A stretch of DNA of 64,000 bases from Nitrososphaerales archaeon (GTDB lineage Archaea > Thermoproteota > Nitrososphaeria > Nitrososphaerales > UBA213), in contig CBDAOC010000017.1 in assembly GCA_965197925.1 (NCBI GenBank), positions 96,001 through 160,000 on the forward strand, written 5' to 3'. A program made the position numbers and the translations under genes. Each line of letters starts with the position of its first letter. The first letter of the stretch is position 1. Below are positions 20,790-30,638 of the stretch, piece by piece. Below the pieces are notes generated by a model that was given only the letters and a program-made list of their open reading frames with translations, was not told where the DNA came from and made no database searches.

Positions 20790-21166
20790 TTACAATGTCT
20801 TTTATCTCAGTCAACTACAGAATGATCAACCAACGGTTCAGGTTCAATATCATGAGAACCAGAGTTTAGCCTCACACCAACGAGGCACTTGTCTAATTCG
20901 CAACCTGTTTCCAATTCCCACCCTACCTAAGAACTATTATGGGTCGAACTGCCTATCAAGCATGGGACGATAGAACTTTTTGTAATTTTCTTCCTTATTT
21001 CTTGTCTGACATACGGCGCGTTTTCACTGTTGGCTGGTTCTTTGACTGGACAATCATCAAACCCTAAATCCAGGTTTTAATTTTCTGCCCGGCCGCGAAA
21101 CAGGTTTACTGGATCAAGATCTTCCTCTACAAAACCTGGAAAACATGATCTGCCACGTAGCGCCAA
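20780..21166 (-). pseudogene. TIR-like domain protein (DUF1863/MTH538, ThsB-like) with premature stops
   Basis: FVEEDLDPVNLFRGRAEN*NLDLGFDDCPVKEPANSENAPYVRQEIRKKITKSSIVPCLIGSSTHNSS*VGWELE. Not in the ORF track. Confidence 0.8.
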
Positions 21167-21277
21167 TAAAACACCGTGATATAAACGGGATCATGTTCGC
21201 GCACCCGGATACATAATAGGCTAGCGAAGACTCAAAAAGCCCCGGCAGTTAACACGGGGAATCATCGCCCGCCGGAC

Positions 21278-21420
21278 AGAAGCCACTAGATTCCTTTATC
21301 AAGCGAAACCAGGTCTTCCCGCTAACCTACTAAATCCTGACTGGCATATTTTCTAATATGTTACCAATCATTGGTAACAATATTCTAAATGAACTCTTTC
21401 TTTTCCTTTATATATCTTAG
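21278..21420 (-). repeat. 143-bp repeat copy 2 (inverted relative to copy 1), cut by IS at CTTAG
   Basis: Reverse complement of 12863-13005. Palindrome at 21359-21379. Confidence 0.9.
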
Positions 21421-21607
21421 AGCTTATCCGAAAATTAACATCATAGCCTAATTGTTTATACCGAAACAGATCTAGAAGCTATCTCACAACTCGGCAATTT
21501 ATCAAGCGGTAAAACTAGTCAAAATAAATTCGCTACAAGAGACTAATTACAACCAAGAATAGGCGAAGGTATAGTAATTCTTGAAAGAAGCGTTCTTTCC
21601 CTGACCA

Positions 21608-21895
21608 TTAGTGATGTTTGTCCTTACCATAGGTTTGTTTGTGATCTCCTATGCTTAGGATATTTATAATTCGATTTTCATAATCTATACCAAATGTAAT
21701 TCTAAAAGATTTTGTAATATCATAAGTGAAACAACCTAGACTGTTCTTATAATTCCCAAGATTTTTTGGATTCTCAGATTGAGTAAGCGTGAGAATTGCT
21801 GTACGATATTGATTTTTTTCAGTATTTCCTAATCTTTTGAATATTTTTCGCATGTTTGGCGGCTCTTTAATTTGCCAATCTAATTCATCTGACAA
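21608..21895 (-). CDS. RelE/ParE-superfamily toxin
   Basis: 95 aa, basic, FRITFGIDYENRIINILSIGDHK. Confidence 0.75.
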   Translation of the reverse strand: MSDELDWQIKEPPNMRKIFKRLGNTEKNQYRTAILTLTQSENPKNLGNYKNSLGCFTYDITKSFRITFGIDYENRIINILSIGDHKQTYGKDKHH

Positions 21896-21904
21896 ACAAT
21901 TCTA

Positions 21905-22087
21905 CTATTCATCTTCATCTAGGGATTTTAAGTATTCGTCGACATTTTTGAACAGTCGTGCTTTACCACTAGCAATATTTTCTCTGCTTTCCCTAATTTG
22001 CTCTTTTTCTTCTTCTGTTAGGTCTTGCTCCGTAGTTGTAAAAACTCCCTCATCACTAAATGTTATGGTATGTGGATCTTCGGTCAT
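21905..22087 (-). CDS. Acidic antitoxin upstream of the RelE-like toxin
   Basis: 60 aa, LTEEEKEQIRESRENIASGK...VDEYLKSL. Confidence 0.7.
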   Translation of the reverse strand: MTEDPHTITFSDEGVFTTTEQDLTEEEKEQIRESRENIASGKARLFKNVDEYLKSLDEDE

Positions 22088-22179
22088 TTTCTATCTGCCC
22101 ATGATCATTAGACATACATTTAGTATATATATACCAAGTGTACACTAATATTATTAAATATATGATTAATATGATTAAG

Positions 22180-22326
22180 ATGGCGAAGACAAGACCAATT
22201 GGGGGTAATGATAAGGGTGAACGTAGTGAATCTAAAACTAATATACCGACAGAAACAATCAAGGCAATAGTAGAAAGCGCTATACAACAGAACCCTATAG
22301 TCTTCAAAAGACTGGCAGAGATTTAA
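22180..22326 (+). CDS. Small antitoxin for the Doc toxin
   Basis: Ends AIQQNPIVFKRLAEI. TAATG coupling to the doc start. Confidence 0.65.
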   Translation: MAKTRPIGGNDKGERSESKTNIPTETIKAIVESAIQQNPIVFKRLAEI

Positions 22327-23214
22327 TGGTTGATATTACAAAAGACGATTTAATTAAGATACATGAAATTATTCAGGAAACTTTCAATATTACACCGGGA
22401 ATAAAAGATGATGGGCTGCTAGAATCTATTGGCAGAAAGACCTAGCCAAAATCCATACAATCATACTCCATTCCCAGATATTTATTCTAAATGTGCTAGT
22501 TTAATGGAAGCCATTATAAAATGGCATCCGTTCATAGACGGGAATAAGAGAAGTGGATTACATACTGCTCATCTGTACATGTACGTTAATGGTTATACAT
22601 TAGTGATACCGGTAAGTGCGGTTAGATTCTCGGTATTGGTTGCCCAAGATAAAAAAGACCTTCATGAAATTACAAAGTGGATTCGCAAATTATCGGCCGG
22701 GGGGTCAAAGCAATTCCATTACAAAATGTTTCGATATTTTCTTTTACCACTAATTGGACTATCGATATTATCTATATTTAGTCCGAAAAAGGCAAGAAAA
22801 ACTCTAGCTAAATTTGTGATAAAAGCTAAGAAAAAGAGCATGCCGACCATATGGCATATACCAGACGATCTATGGGAAGAGTTCGAACTAGTGCTGCCGC
22901 CAAGGAAACCAGCAAGAACAGTTGGAAGGCCAGCTGTGCCATTTAGAAAAGTGTTGAATGGAATACTGTACGTATTAAGAACTGGATGCCAGTGGAAGAA
23001 GGTATCGAAAGAATTTGGTTCTGGTTCAACTTGCCATGCAAGATTTCAGGAATGGATTGGGATAGGAGTATTCAAGAAGGTATGGAAGAGGCTGCTGGAA
23101 ATATATGATGAATTGAAGAGCATGGGATGGGACTGGCAATCCATGGATAGCGTACCGAAGGCCCCATTAGGGGGAAAACGACCGGAGCAAACCCAACGGA
23201 TAGAGGCAAGCTAG
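22326..23214 (+). pseudogene. doc: Doc/Fic toxin (1-bp frameshift near 22430) reading in frame into IS5 transposase ORF A
   Basis: MVDITKDDLIKIHE..GIKDDGLLESI / AERP..HPFIDGNKRSG, then MPTIWHIPDDLW..VLRTGCQW. Confidence 0.8.
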
Positions 23215-23861
23215 GTACCAAACGTCACATGCTGGTTGATAGAAGAGGAGTACCTCTCTCATCTGTAATTACTGGAGCAAATAAACACGATATGAAATCA
23301 GCCTTTCCTACAATAGATAGCATTGTTGTTGATAGGCCCAAAGTTAAACAGAACATATGCATGAATAGGATATGATTTTCCAGAGATAGAGTATGGAGTT
23401 AGGAAGGGGATATGTGGATCACATTCGTCATAAGGGTGAAGTGTTGAAAAAGAATTTATACAAAGCAAAGAGATGGGTTGTAGAAAGAACCGCATCTTGG
23501 CATAACAGGTTCAGAAAGTTATTGGTAAGGTTCGAGAAGAGAGAGGAAAATTATCAGGCGCTAGTAGAATTTGCTAACTGCCTAATAGTGTATAGAGCGA
23601 TATATTGGTAGTGTCATAAACACGTTAATGCAACTGTTTCTAGTATCTACTATCTACAATACTAATAAAATCAATAGTAAGAAAACTAAACCTGACAGTA
23701 TGAACTAATATTCTTGCATTCTAAATGTTATCATTTCTACCAATCATTAACTATCAGCTAGAATTTTAGGATAGGCTCTTAGTTATAACGCATATGTTCT
23801 CGATGATTATAAAACTATATAGCTAAACGGGATGAATAAGAGGTAACAACTTATTGATTAG

Positions 23862-24356
23862 CTACAACTCGAATGCCATTAGATATGCAGCTTCACCATC
23901 CCTATAATAGCCTCTAATCTTAGTCTTTATTATGAGACCCAATTTTTCGTATAACTTTATTGCCTGCTCATTGCTTACCCTAACCTCTAAGTAAATCTCA
24001 TCAGCTTTTCTGCCAATCATACCAGTTGTAGCCTCTTTCATCAATGCCTTTCCTAATCCACTACCTCTGTGTTTTTCTAAAACAGCTACAGAAACCACAT
24101 GTCCCTTCTTCACAAATCCTAATTTGCGGAAGTTAGAAAAACCAAATTCAATCTTACACATTATGTAGCCTATAGTCCTCCCTTCCAATTCAGCAACAAT
24201 GAAAGCTTCTGGCAATTCTTTAAGAATTGATTCAAAAAAGTAATCTGAATAATGTTCAGGTAAAGTTAACAGATTGATCTCAATAATAGATGGAAGATCT
24301 TCCCGTTCACACCTTCTTATAACGTAAGTACCAATACGTCTAAGAGCTGTTTGCAA
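23862..24356 (-). CDS. N-terminal acetyltransferase, Ard1/RimI GNAT family
   Basis: LPEHY, GHVVSVAV, YLEVRVSN, YYRDGEAAY. Confidence 0.9.
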   Translation of the reverse strand: MQTALRRIGTYVIRRCEREDLPSIIEINLLTLPEHYSDYFFESILKELPEAFIVAELEGRTIGYIMCKIEFGFSNFRKLGFVKKGHVVSVAVLEKHRGSGLGKALMKEATTGMIGRKADEIYLEVRVSNEQAIKLYEKLGLIIKTKIRGYYRDGEAAYLMAFEL

Positions 24357-24440
24357 TGCCTACTCTATTACTGATTCTATATTTAACCTTGATCCAGTTT
24401 TATATGGTAAGACATTAATGTGTAGTTCACTTCATCGAAA

Positions 24441-25553
24441 TTGTTGGTATCTATACAAAATGGACAACCAATTGACCAAAATGCTGCGATCTCTTTAGTA
24501 TCAAAACATATGGATATTATCAACTATTATGTTAGAGAGGACAATAGTCTCGAATTCTCAATTAAGCAATCCTATAACATCAAGGAAGAGTTCCAGAGTC
24601 TCCTCAATAGTCTCAGGTCATATGGTATGATTGCTACTTTGAGAAAAAATAATGATAGTTTAACAGTGTTAGTGGGTATTGCATCTGTTCACAAAAGCAG
24701 GCTAAAAAGCTGGATGCCTATGGTGCTCTTCGCAGCAACTGTAGGTATTGTACTTTACGATGGTTTTCTGCGCTCTCAAACGATGAGTGGACAGGCTTAC
24801 ATCAAGGACCCATGGGAAATGGCTATAATCTACACAATGTCTCTAATAGGCATCCTTGGTGTTCATGAATTAGGGCATTTAGTTGCAGTGAAGAAGTACA
24901 GACTAAAAGCAACTTGGCCATTCTTCATACCTGGGATACCTGGGTTTTCAATAAGTCCACCAACATTTGGTGCAGTAATATTCTCTAGAGGACATATGCC
25001 AAACCGGGATGTCTTGTTCGATATAGGCTTTGCAGGACCCATAGCTGGTCTGATAGTAACCATGGTTGTTTCTGTTTTTGGTGCAATTCTGTCGCCATTA
25101 ATACCTGTAGAAGAGGCCACTGTTTTAATGAGCGATTCGCAGTTGATCAATATAAATCCGAGTTTACTCATGTTTGGGAGTTACCTGGTGGCTGGCAAGA
25201 TGGTGGAGGGTTTTATTCCTTTAATGTCACCTATAGCATTTGCAGCATGGATAGGTTTCCTCATTACGTTTCTTAATTTATTACCTGCGTGGCAACTGGA
25301 TGGAGGTCATATTGCAAGAGCTGCAATAGGTCAAAAATGGCATAAAAGGACGACCTTTATGAGTATTATTGCGTTAGCGGGTATTGGCTACGTTGTGATG
25401 GCCCTGCTAATATTGGTAATGAATGCTAGAGCTCCAGATGCGAAACCCTTAGATGATGTGTCACCACTATCTAAGAATAGAAAGATTATGTTTGTCATTT
25501 CGATCTTATTGGCATTCCTCTGTGCACCATTACCATTTTTTCTCAATCTCTAA
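24441..25553 (+). CDS. Site-2 protease (peptidase M50) membrane metalloprotease
   Basis: HELGH and NLLPAWQLDGG motifs. Confidence 0.9.
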   Translation: MLVSIQNGQPIDQNAAISLVSKHMDIINYYVREDNSLEFSIKQSYNIKEEFQSLLNSLRSYGMIATLRKNNDSLTVLVGIASVHKSRLKSWMPMVLFAATVGIVLYDGFLRSQTMSGQAYIKDPWEMAIIYTMSLIGILGVHELGHLVAVKKYRLKATWPFFIPGIPGFSISPPTFGAVIFSRGHMPNRDVLFDIGFAGPIAGLIVTMVVSVFGAILSPLIPVEEATVLMSDSQLININPSLLMFGSYLVAGKMVEGFIPLMSPIAFAAWIGFLITFLNLLPAWQLDGGHIARAAIGQKWHKRTTFMSIIALAGIGYVVMALLILVMNARAPDAKPLDDVSPLSKNRKIMFVISILLAFLCAPLPFFLNL

Positions 25554-25870
25554 TCAGCCAGCTCAGACTTGTTCAACTTTTAATTCAAACCTTGTTAATG
25601 ATTAAGTTTACCCTAAGATATTAATCTTGATGTAATTTAGCAATATACATATCTACAATTAGTTTTCTGGGATCGTAAATGTCGTCAATGAATACTGCAT
25701 GATTCATACACAGTGTAAGAAAAATCTATAAAATTAATCTCCCGGATTGAAGCTTACGTGAGCAATTAAGGATCCAATTAATCTTATGGGTAATTACTAC
25801 CATCAGAAAATATATCATGAATTCGATTGGATAATCATACACACCAGAATATTCATAAAATTTCAACCAA

Positions 25871-26971
25871 TTAATCAGGCATCTTTGGTTTCAACAAAAC
25901 TTTACTTGCATCTGAAACCACCAACACCTTTTGTTTAGGTCCATACACATTTAACAGGCTTTGAAGCACATCTTTTGTCCTCCGAAATGTTTTGAACCCT
26001 AGCCTGTTTTTCGTATAATAATCTGGCAATGCTGAGACCAAGGAAAGATTATACCTTTTGCTGACCTCCTTTAGATAAAGCAAGTTTTCAAGACCGTCAA
26101 TATATTCTGTAGGTCTGTACGCATCATCCATAGTAATTTTACCTTCAACAAGCATTTGTAGTGCCGTAGAACCAAAACCATCTCTGCATTCAGCTAGTAA
26201 TGTCAGTGTACCATTCTCTTTGGTAGCATCCAAGCAATTCCAGAGAGAGTTCAAAGCATATGAAAGTGTAGAGTATCCATCGCCAGCGCTTATAACGGAC
26301 GCCTTGCATTTTTCAACTTCAATCCTGTTGAAAGATTCAAGAATTGTTATTGCCTCCTTATTACAATCTACGGGGTTATTCACAATGATATCCACAAAAC
26401 CGTGACTACCTACTACAGATTCTATAGAAACAATGTCTAGTTTTTCAGCAAATTCGTGGGCTATTGACAATACATTGTTATTCGCTCCTGGTCTAGGAAG
26501 ATCACTGTCTCTTGCCTTGTATGCATCCAGCATCTCTTTTATTCCAAAATATTTTAGCAAGTAGATTGGTGCGCCAGAATAGCCGAAAAGGGGATCAAAA
26601 GAAGTTTTTGATACCAATGTGGCAGTATTCAGAGTAACAAGATCATTTGATAGTTCGGATACACTAACGCTAGTATCTTGGAAAATGTTTCTATACATGT
26701 TTAAAGCGCTTTGAGGCACGCCTATTGAGATGCGGCCAATACTACGTTTCTTTGCATTTTCGACAAGTAGTAATGAAAGCTTTGCAGTATGGAGCGAAGT
26801 ATCCAGAACTACAAAATATGCCTCATCCTTCAGAGTTAGAGTATCGAGCTTGGCATTGATTTCTTCCTCACTCATTCGTTGCTCATCTTGAATAACGTAA
26901 TCAAGGAGATTTTCCGCCTTGATATCAAGTACCACTTCCGTGGTACCGTATTTGAGCCAAAACTCTGGCAT
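25871..26971 (-). CDS. Lactate racemase (LarA/DUF2088)-like fold protein
   Basis: N-terminal WLKYG, and LLAECRDGFG motif. Confidence 0.6.
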   Translation of the reverse strand: MPEFWLKYGTTEVVLDIKAENLLDYVIQDEQRMSEEEINAKLDTLTLKDEAYFVVLDTSLHTAKLSLLLVENAKKRSIGRISIGVPQSALNMYRNIFQDTSVSVSELSNDLVTLNTATLVSKTSFDPLFGYSGAPIYLLKYFGIKEMLDAYKARDSDLPRPGANNNVLSIAHEFAEKLDIVSIESVVGSHGFVDIIVNNPVDCNKEAITILESFNRIEVEKCKASVISAGDGYSTLSYALNSLWNCLDATKENGTLTLLAECRDGFGSTALQMLVEGKITMDDAYRPTEYIDGLENLLYLKEVSKRYNLSLVSALPDYYTKNRLGFKTFRRTKDVLQSLLNVYGPKQKVLVVSDASKVLLKPKMPD

Positions 26972-27280
26972 AAGTATCCATCATTTAATTTCAATAAAAA
27001 TATGTTGATTTATCTAAGATTTACCCTTTTGTTCTTAGACAAATATTTGAATTTGATTAACTTTTTTATGTGATGTGTTAAGATTTACTTCTCTCCTCAC
27101 TCTACCAGAAGGTTTAGATAAAGTTGAGAGAAACAAAATGAAGTTACACTTACCTTTTGTATAACCAAAGTTCATTTTTCAAATATTCCATAAGTTTTGA
27201 ACTGTTATATTACATGCAATTTTGATATATAATGACAGTTGAGAGATGTTTAAATACTGATTAATCTCAACGAGATCTTA

Positions 27281-28123
27281 ATGAAGAATCAATCTATGAT
27301 CTTAACTTTGGGCCTATTACTGATTCCGTTAGTAGCTGTGTTGAACTCCGACAATGCTTATGCAGAGTCAGTTACCGTAGATCAATGTCCTGGCGCATCT
27401 AGTGCAGACAATGATTGTGCATTTGTTCCAACAGAGGTAACAATTGATGTAGGGGACACCGTAGTTTGGACAAATTCCGATGCTGCTACACATACAGTAA
27501 CAAGTGGTGACATCGACGATCCGAGTGTCTGGGGTGAGTTATTTGATTCTGGACTAGCTAAACCAGGTACACCATTCGAATACACATTTGATGAAGCCGG
27601 TGAATATCCATACTTGTGTCAATTACATCCATGGATGATTGGTAATGTGATCGTTAAATCAAGCGAGTCAGTTAGTACAGATGGGGTAGGGTCTAATGGA
27701 GTTATTACGGTGACCGAAGGAGAGACGAATATCGATGTTCCGGCCTCATTGTCTAATGGTAGTGTTAGGGAAATTGATGTAGATTCTGACTTTACGAGCA
27801 TCATAATAATGGTACAGACAGATGAAGCTGAGGATGGAGAATTAATGATAACTCTCCCCAGAGATCTTATCGACTCTAAACTTAATGGCGACGACGACGA
27901 ATTTATCATAATTGTAGATGGTGAGGAGTCAGATTATCAGGAACTTAATACAAATGATAATGAAAGGGAATTGACCATAGCAGTATTTGCCGGTGCAGAA
28001 GAAGTTGAAATAATTGGCACTCAAGTGGTACCGGAATTTCCAATCGCAGTTATGGCTGTAATGGGTCTAATAGTAGCTACAACTGTAGCAATGGGCAGGT
28101 TCAACAAGCCGCAATGGAGGTAG
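27281..28123 (+). CDS. Cupredoxin (plastocyanin-like) surface protein with PEF-CTERM anchor
   Basis: HTVTSG, YLCQLHPWM copper ligands, GTQVVPEFP + TM helix. Confidence 0.9.
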   Translation: MKNQSMILTLGLLLIPLVAVLNSDNAYAESVTVDQCPGASSADNDCAFVPTEVTIDVGDTVVWTNSDAATHTVTSGDIDDPSVWGELFDSGLAKPGTPFEYTFDEAGEYPYLCQLHPWMIGNVIVKSSESVSTDGVGSNGVITVTEGETNIDVPASLSNGSVREIDVDSDFTSIIIMVQTDEAEDGELMITLPRDLIDSKLNGDDDEFIIIVDGEESDYQELNTNDNERELTIAVFAGAEEVEIIGTQVVPEFPIAVMAVMGLIVATTVAMGRFNKPQWR

Positions 28124-28505
28124 GCGGACTTTTTTTATTTTTTAAATGAAAATGGTAAATCTTGCTCTATAACTTCTATCTTAGTGTCAGAAAATCAAGA
28201 GCCATAAACCCGATGGATTATTCACTATTGAAACATTTTAGTCTCATATTGATTTTACTTAATTAGTTCAAATTAGTTTACTATTTTATCTAGCGGGTTA
28301 TTTTTAGCAATACTTAGATCAGTAAGTCATATACATCATTATCTGTAAGTTCTTACCTTTAGAGTGAAAATCTCCAAACCTATGGATGTCCATGATCATT
28401 ATCGATTCAAGATTTGTCCATTACAACTGATAAGACTATGCCCAGTCCAATTTAATATGTTCAGGGTCTGTGAACATTTATTATTATGAGTAGTATCTCT
28501 ACGTT

Positions 28506-29117
28506 ATGGATTTCGTCAAACAGATCGCATCATTCCTCGTAAAGACCAATTCACTCAAGTTTGGCATATTTAGCTTGTCAAGCGGGAAGGAAAGCCCTTA
28601 TTATATTGATCTTAGAATTTTGCCTAGTTTTCCACTGTATTTTAAGGCTACAATTGAAGCCTATGAAGATGCTATACAGAGGAATATAGGCTTGGATAGG
28701 TTCGATTATATTTGTTCTGTACCCACTACAGGATTGGTGTATGCATCATCCATTTCATACAAAATTGGCAAACCACTTGTGTATGTGAGGAAAGAAGGAA
28801 AGAAGTATGGGATGAACAATTTGTTAGAAGGTTACCTAAGTCCAGGAGCTAAAGTTGTAATATTAGACGACGTCATCACTTCTGGTAATTCTATTCTGGA
28901 CGCTGTAGAGGCGGTAAGAAATAATGGTGGTGTTGTGAGCACCGCGATTGTTCTAATAGACAGACTTGAAGGTGCAGAGGCAACTTTAAGCCAGCACGAT
29001 GTGAAATTGATTTCTGTATCAAAGATAAGCGAAATTGTCAATGTGCTACTTGATTCAGGTATGCTAGATGATGAATGTTTGAAAACAATTAAGGAATATG
29101 TCAAGGAAAGGGCTTAA
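28506..29117 (+). CDS. pyrE: Orotate phosphoribosyltransferase
   Basis: LSSGKESPYYIDLR, VVILDDVITSG. Confidence 0.92.
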   Translation: MDFVKQIASFLVKTNSLKFGIFSLSSGKESPYYIDLRILPSFPLYFKATIEAYEDAIQRNIGLDRFDYICSVPTTGLVYASSISYKIGKPLVYVRKEGKKYGMNNLLEGYLSPGAKVVILDDVITSGNSILDAVEAVRNNGGVVSTAIVLIDRLEGAEATLSQHDVKLISVSKISEIVNVLLDSGMLDDECLKTIKEYVKERA

Positions 29118-29677
29118 CTCTCGTAAATCATTAATCCTTTTTCTTCTAGCAAGGTATGCAGTGCGTGTACTGCCCTATAAACCTCGCTCTCCTTCTTGGC
29201 ACCAGTGCATACGAGTTTACCACTAGCAAATAGGAGAATTACGGTTTTGGGATCTAGCATTCTATGTATAAGACCTGGGAATTGTTCTGGTTCGTACATG
29301 CTTCTAGGCAATATTCTTGCAGCAAGTTCTAAGTGTATCTTACCTCCCAAACTGGCAGAGGCAACTATATTTTGTATCTCTATTGAAGGTTCATTTTCTA
29401 TGGGAATCCCACCCTTCTTCAATTTCTGAACAACGCTCTTTACAGCCTTAATCGATTGTTCTTCTGATTTGGCACCTGTACAAACCATCTTGCCAGAACT
29501 AAAGATCAAAGTAGCTGTTTTGGGAGATTTGAGCCTGAACACCAAACCAGGGAACTGATCGGGATGGTATTCTACATCTGGAAAGATTTGTGTTATTTGG
29601 TTAAGATCTACTTTTTGGTTCACAGTAGCAGAAGCAACAACATTTTCTATGCTAACAATCGGCTTGGTTTGCGGCAT
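29114..29677 (-). CDS. tbp: TATA-box-binding protein
   Basis: Two repeats IENVVAS..YxPxQFPGL..LxFxSGKxVCTGAK. Confidence 0.97.
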   Translation of the reverse strand: MPQTKPIVSIENVVASATVNQKVDLNQITQIFPDVEYHPDQFPGLVFRLKSPKTATLIFSSGKMVCTGAKSEEQSIKAVKSVVQKLKKGGIPIENEPSIEIQNIVASASLGGKIHLELAARILPRSMYEPEQFPGLIHRMLDPKTVILLFASGKLVCTGAKKESEVYRAVHALHTLLEEKGLMIYES

Positions 29678-30039
29678 CTCTGCTTTCTTCCTTCCTTATA
29701 AGGGGGGTATATATATACCTAGACAACTACCAACTCTTGATATCATGATAGGCTATACAAAGGTATGTAGAGAGCAATTTCCTATAAGTTTCTTACGGGA
29801 AAGACAGTATACATTGAATTTGGAAACATGATAAGTGAATGACCCATTTCCTGCTTTAAAATTACAGTTTACCAAAGGACAGACAATTGGACTCCCTACG
29901 ATTTCGTTATCCGAGTGTAAAAATAAATGAATCGATGCTTGGTCTTTAGTAATTTGTAATCCTCCGTTTTATACATGAAAATTGTAAATTGAGCAAATAT
30001 CAGTTGCATTTTATATAAGTATGACATTCCAAAATAGTA

Positions 30040-30600
30040 ATGATGCTTAGCCTAATTATCTCTGGTTTGCCAGCTGTGGGTAAAACTACTGTAGCAAAAG
30101 CGCTCTCAGATAAATTCAACCTAAAACAGTTTTCTGGAGGAGATATTCTTAAAGAAATAGCTGCTACCAAGGGTTATGATTCAGTTGGTAATGGCTGGTG
30201 GGATACCGAACAAGGTATAAAATTCCTCGCTGTTCGCAAGTCAAATCCAGATTTTGACAAACAGGTTGACAACAGGCTAGTAGAATTGGCTGATCAAGGT
30301 GGTGTTGTCATAACAAGCTATACGCTGCCCTGGCTTGCAAATAAGTCCATAAAGTTCTGGCTCAAAGGCTCAAGGGAAAGCAGGGCAAAAAGAATGGCAG
30401 GACGAGATAATACCAAGTATGAAGAAACATTGAAGATTGTTACATTGAGGGATGAGGAGAACAAAAAACTTTACAGTGATCTCTACAAGATAAAATTTGG
30501 TGAGGACCTTTCGGTATTTGATTATGTGATCAATACAGATAGGTTAAGTCTACATGGAGTAATTGATATCACATTTAATATAGTAAATCATATGGTGTAG
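30040..30600 (+). CDS. cmk: Archaeal cytidylate kinase
   Basis: ISGLPAVGKTT, FDKQVD, upstream of cbf5. Confidence 0.85.
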   Translation: MMLSLIISGLPAVGKTTVAKALSDKFNLKQFSGGDILKEIAATKGYDSVGNGWWDTEQGIKFLAVRKSNPDFDKQVDNRLVELADQGGVVITSYTLPWLANKSIKFWLKGSRESRAKRMAGRDNTKYEETLKIVTLRDEENKKLYSDLYKIKFGEDLSVFDYVINTDRLSLHGVIDITFNIVNHMV

Positions 30601-30638
30601 AAAAGTAAAATATAGAAGTCTTGATATATAATTAAGAT

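Larger units (their letters stand above)
21420..23778 (+). mobile_element. IS5-family element type A, long form carrying 1.3 kb passenger DNA (two TA pairs)
   Basis: Left IR GAGCTTATCCGAAAATT, right IR AATTTTAGGATAGGCTC, TTA on both flanks. 21477-22801 replaces an 8-bp stretch present in the short copies. Confidence 0.88.
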
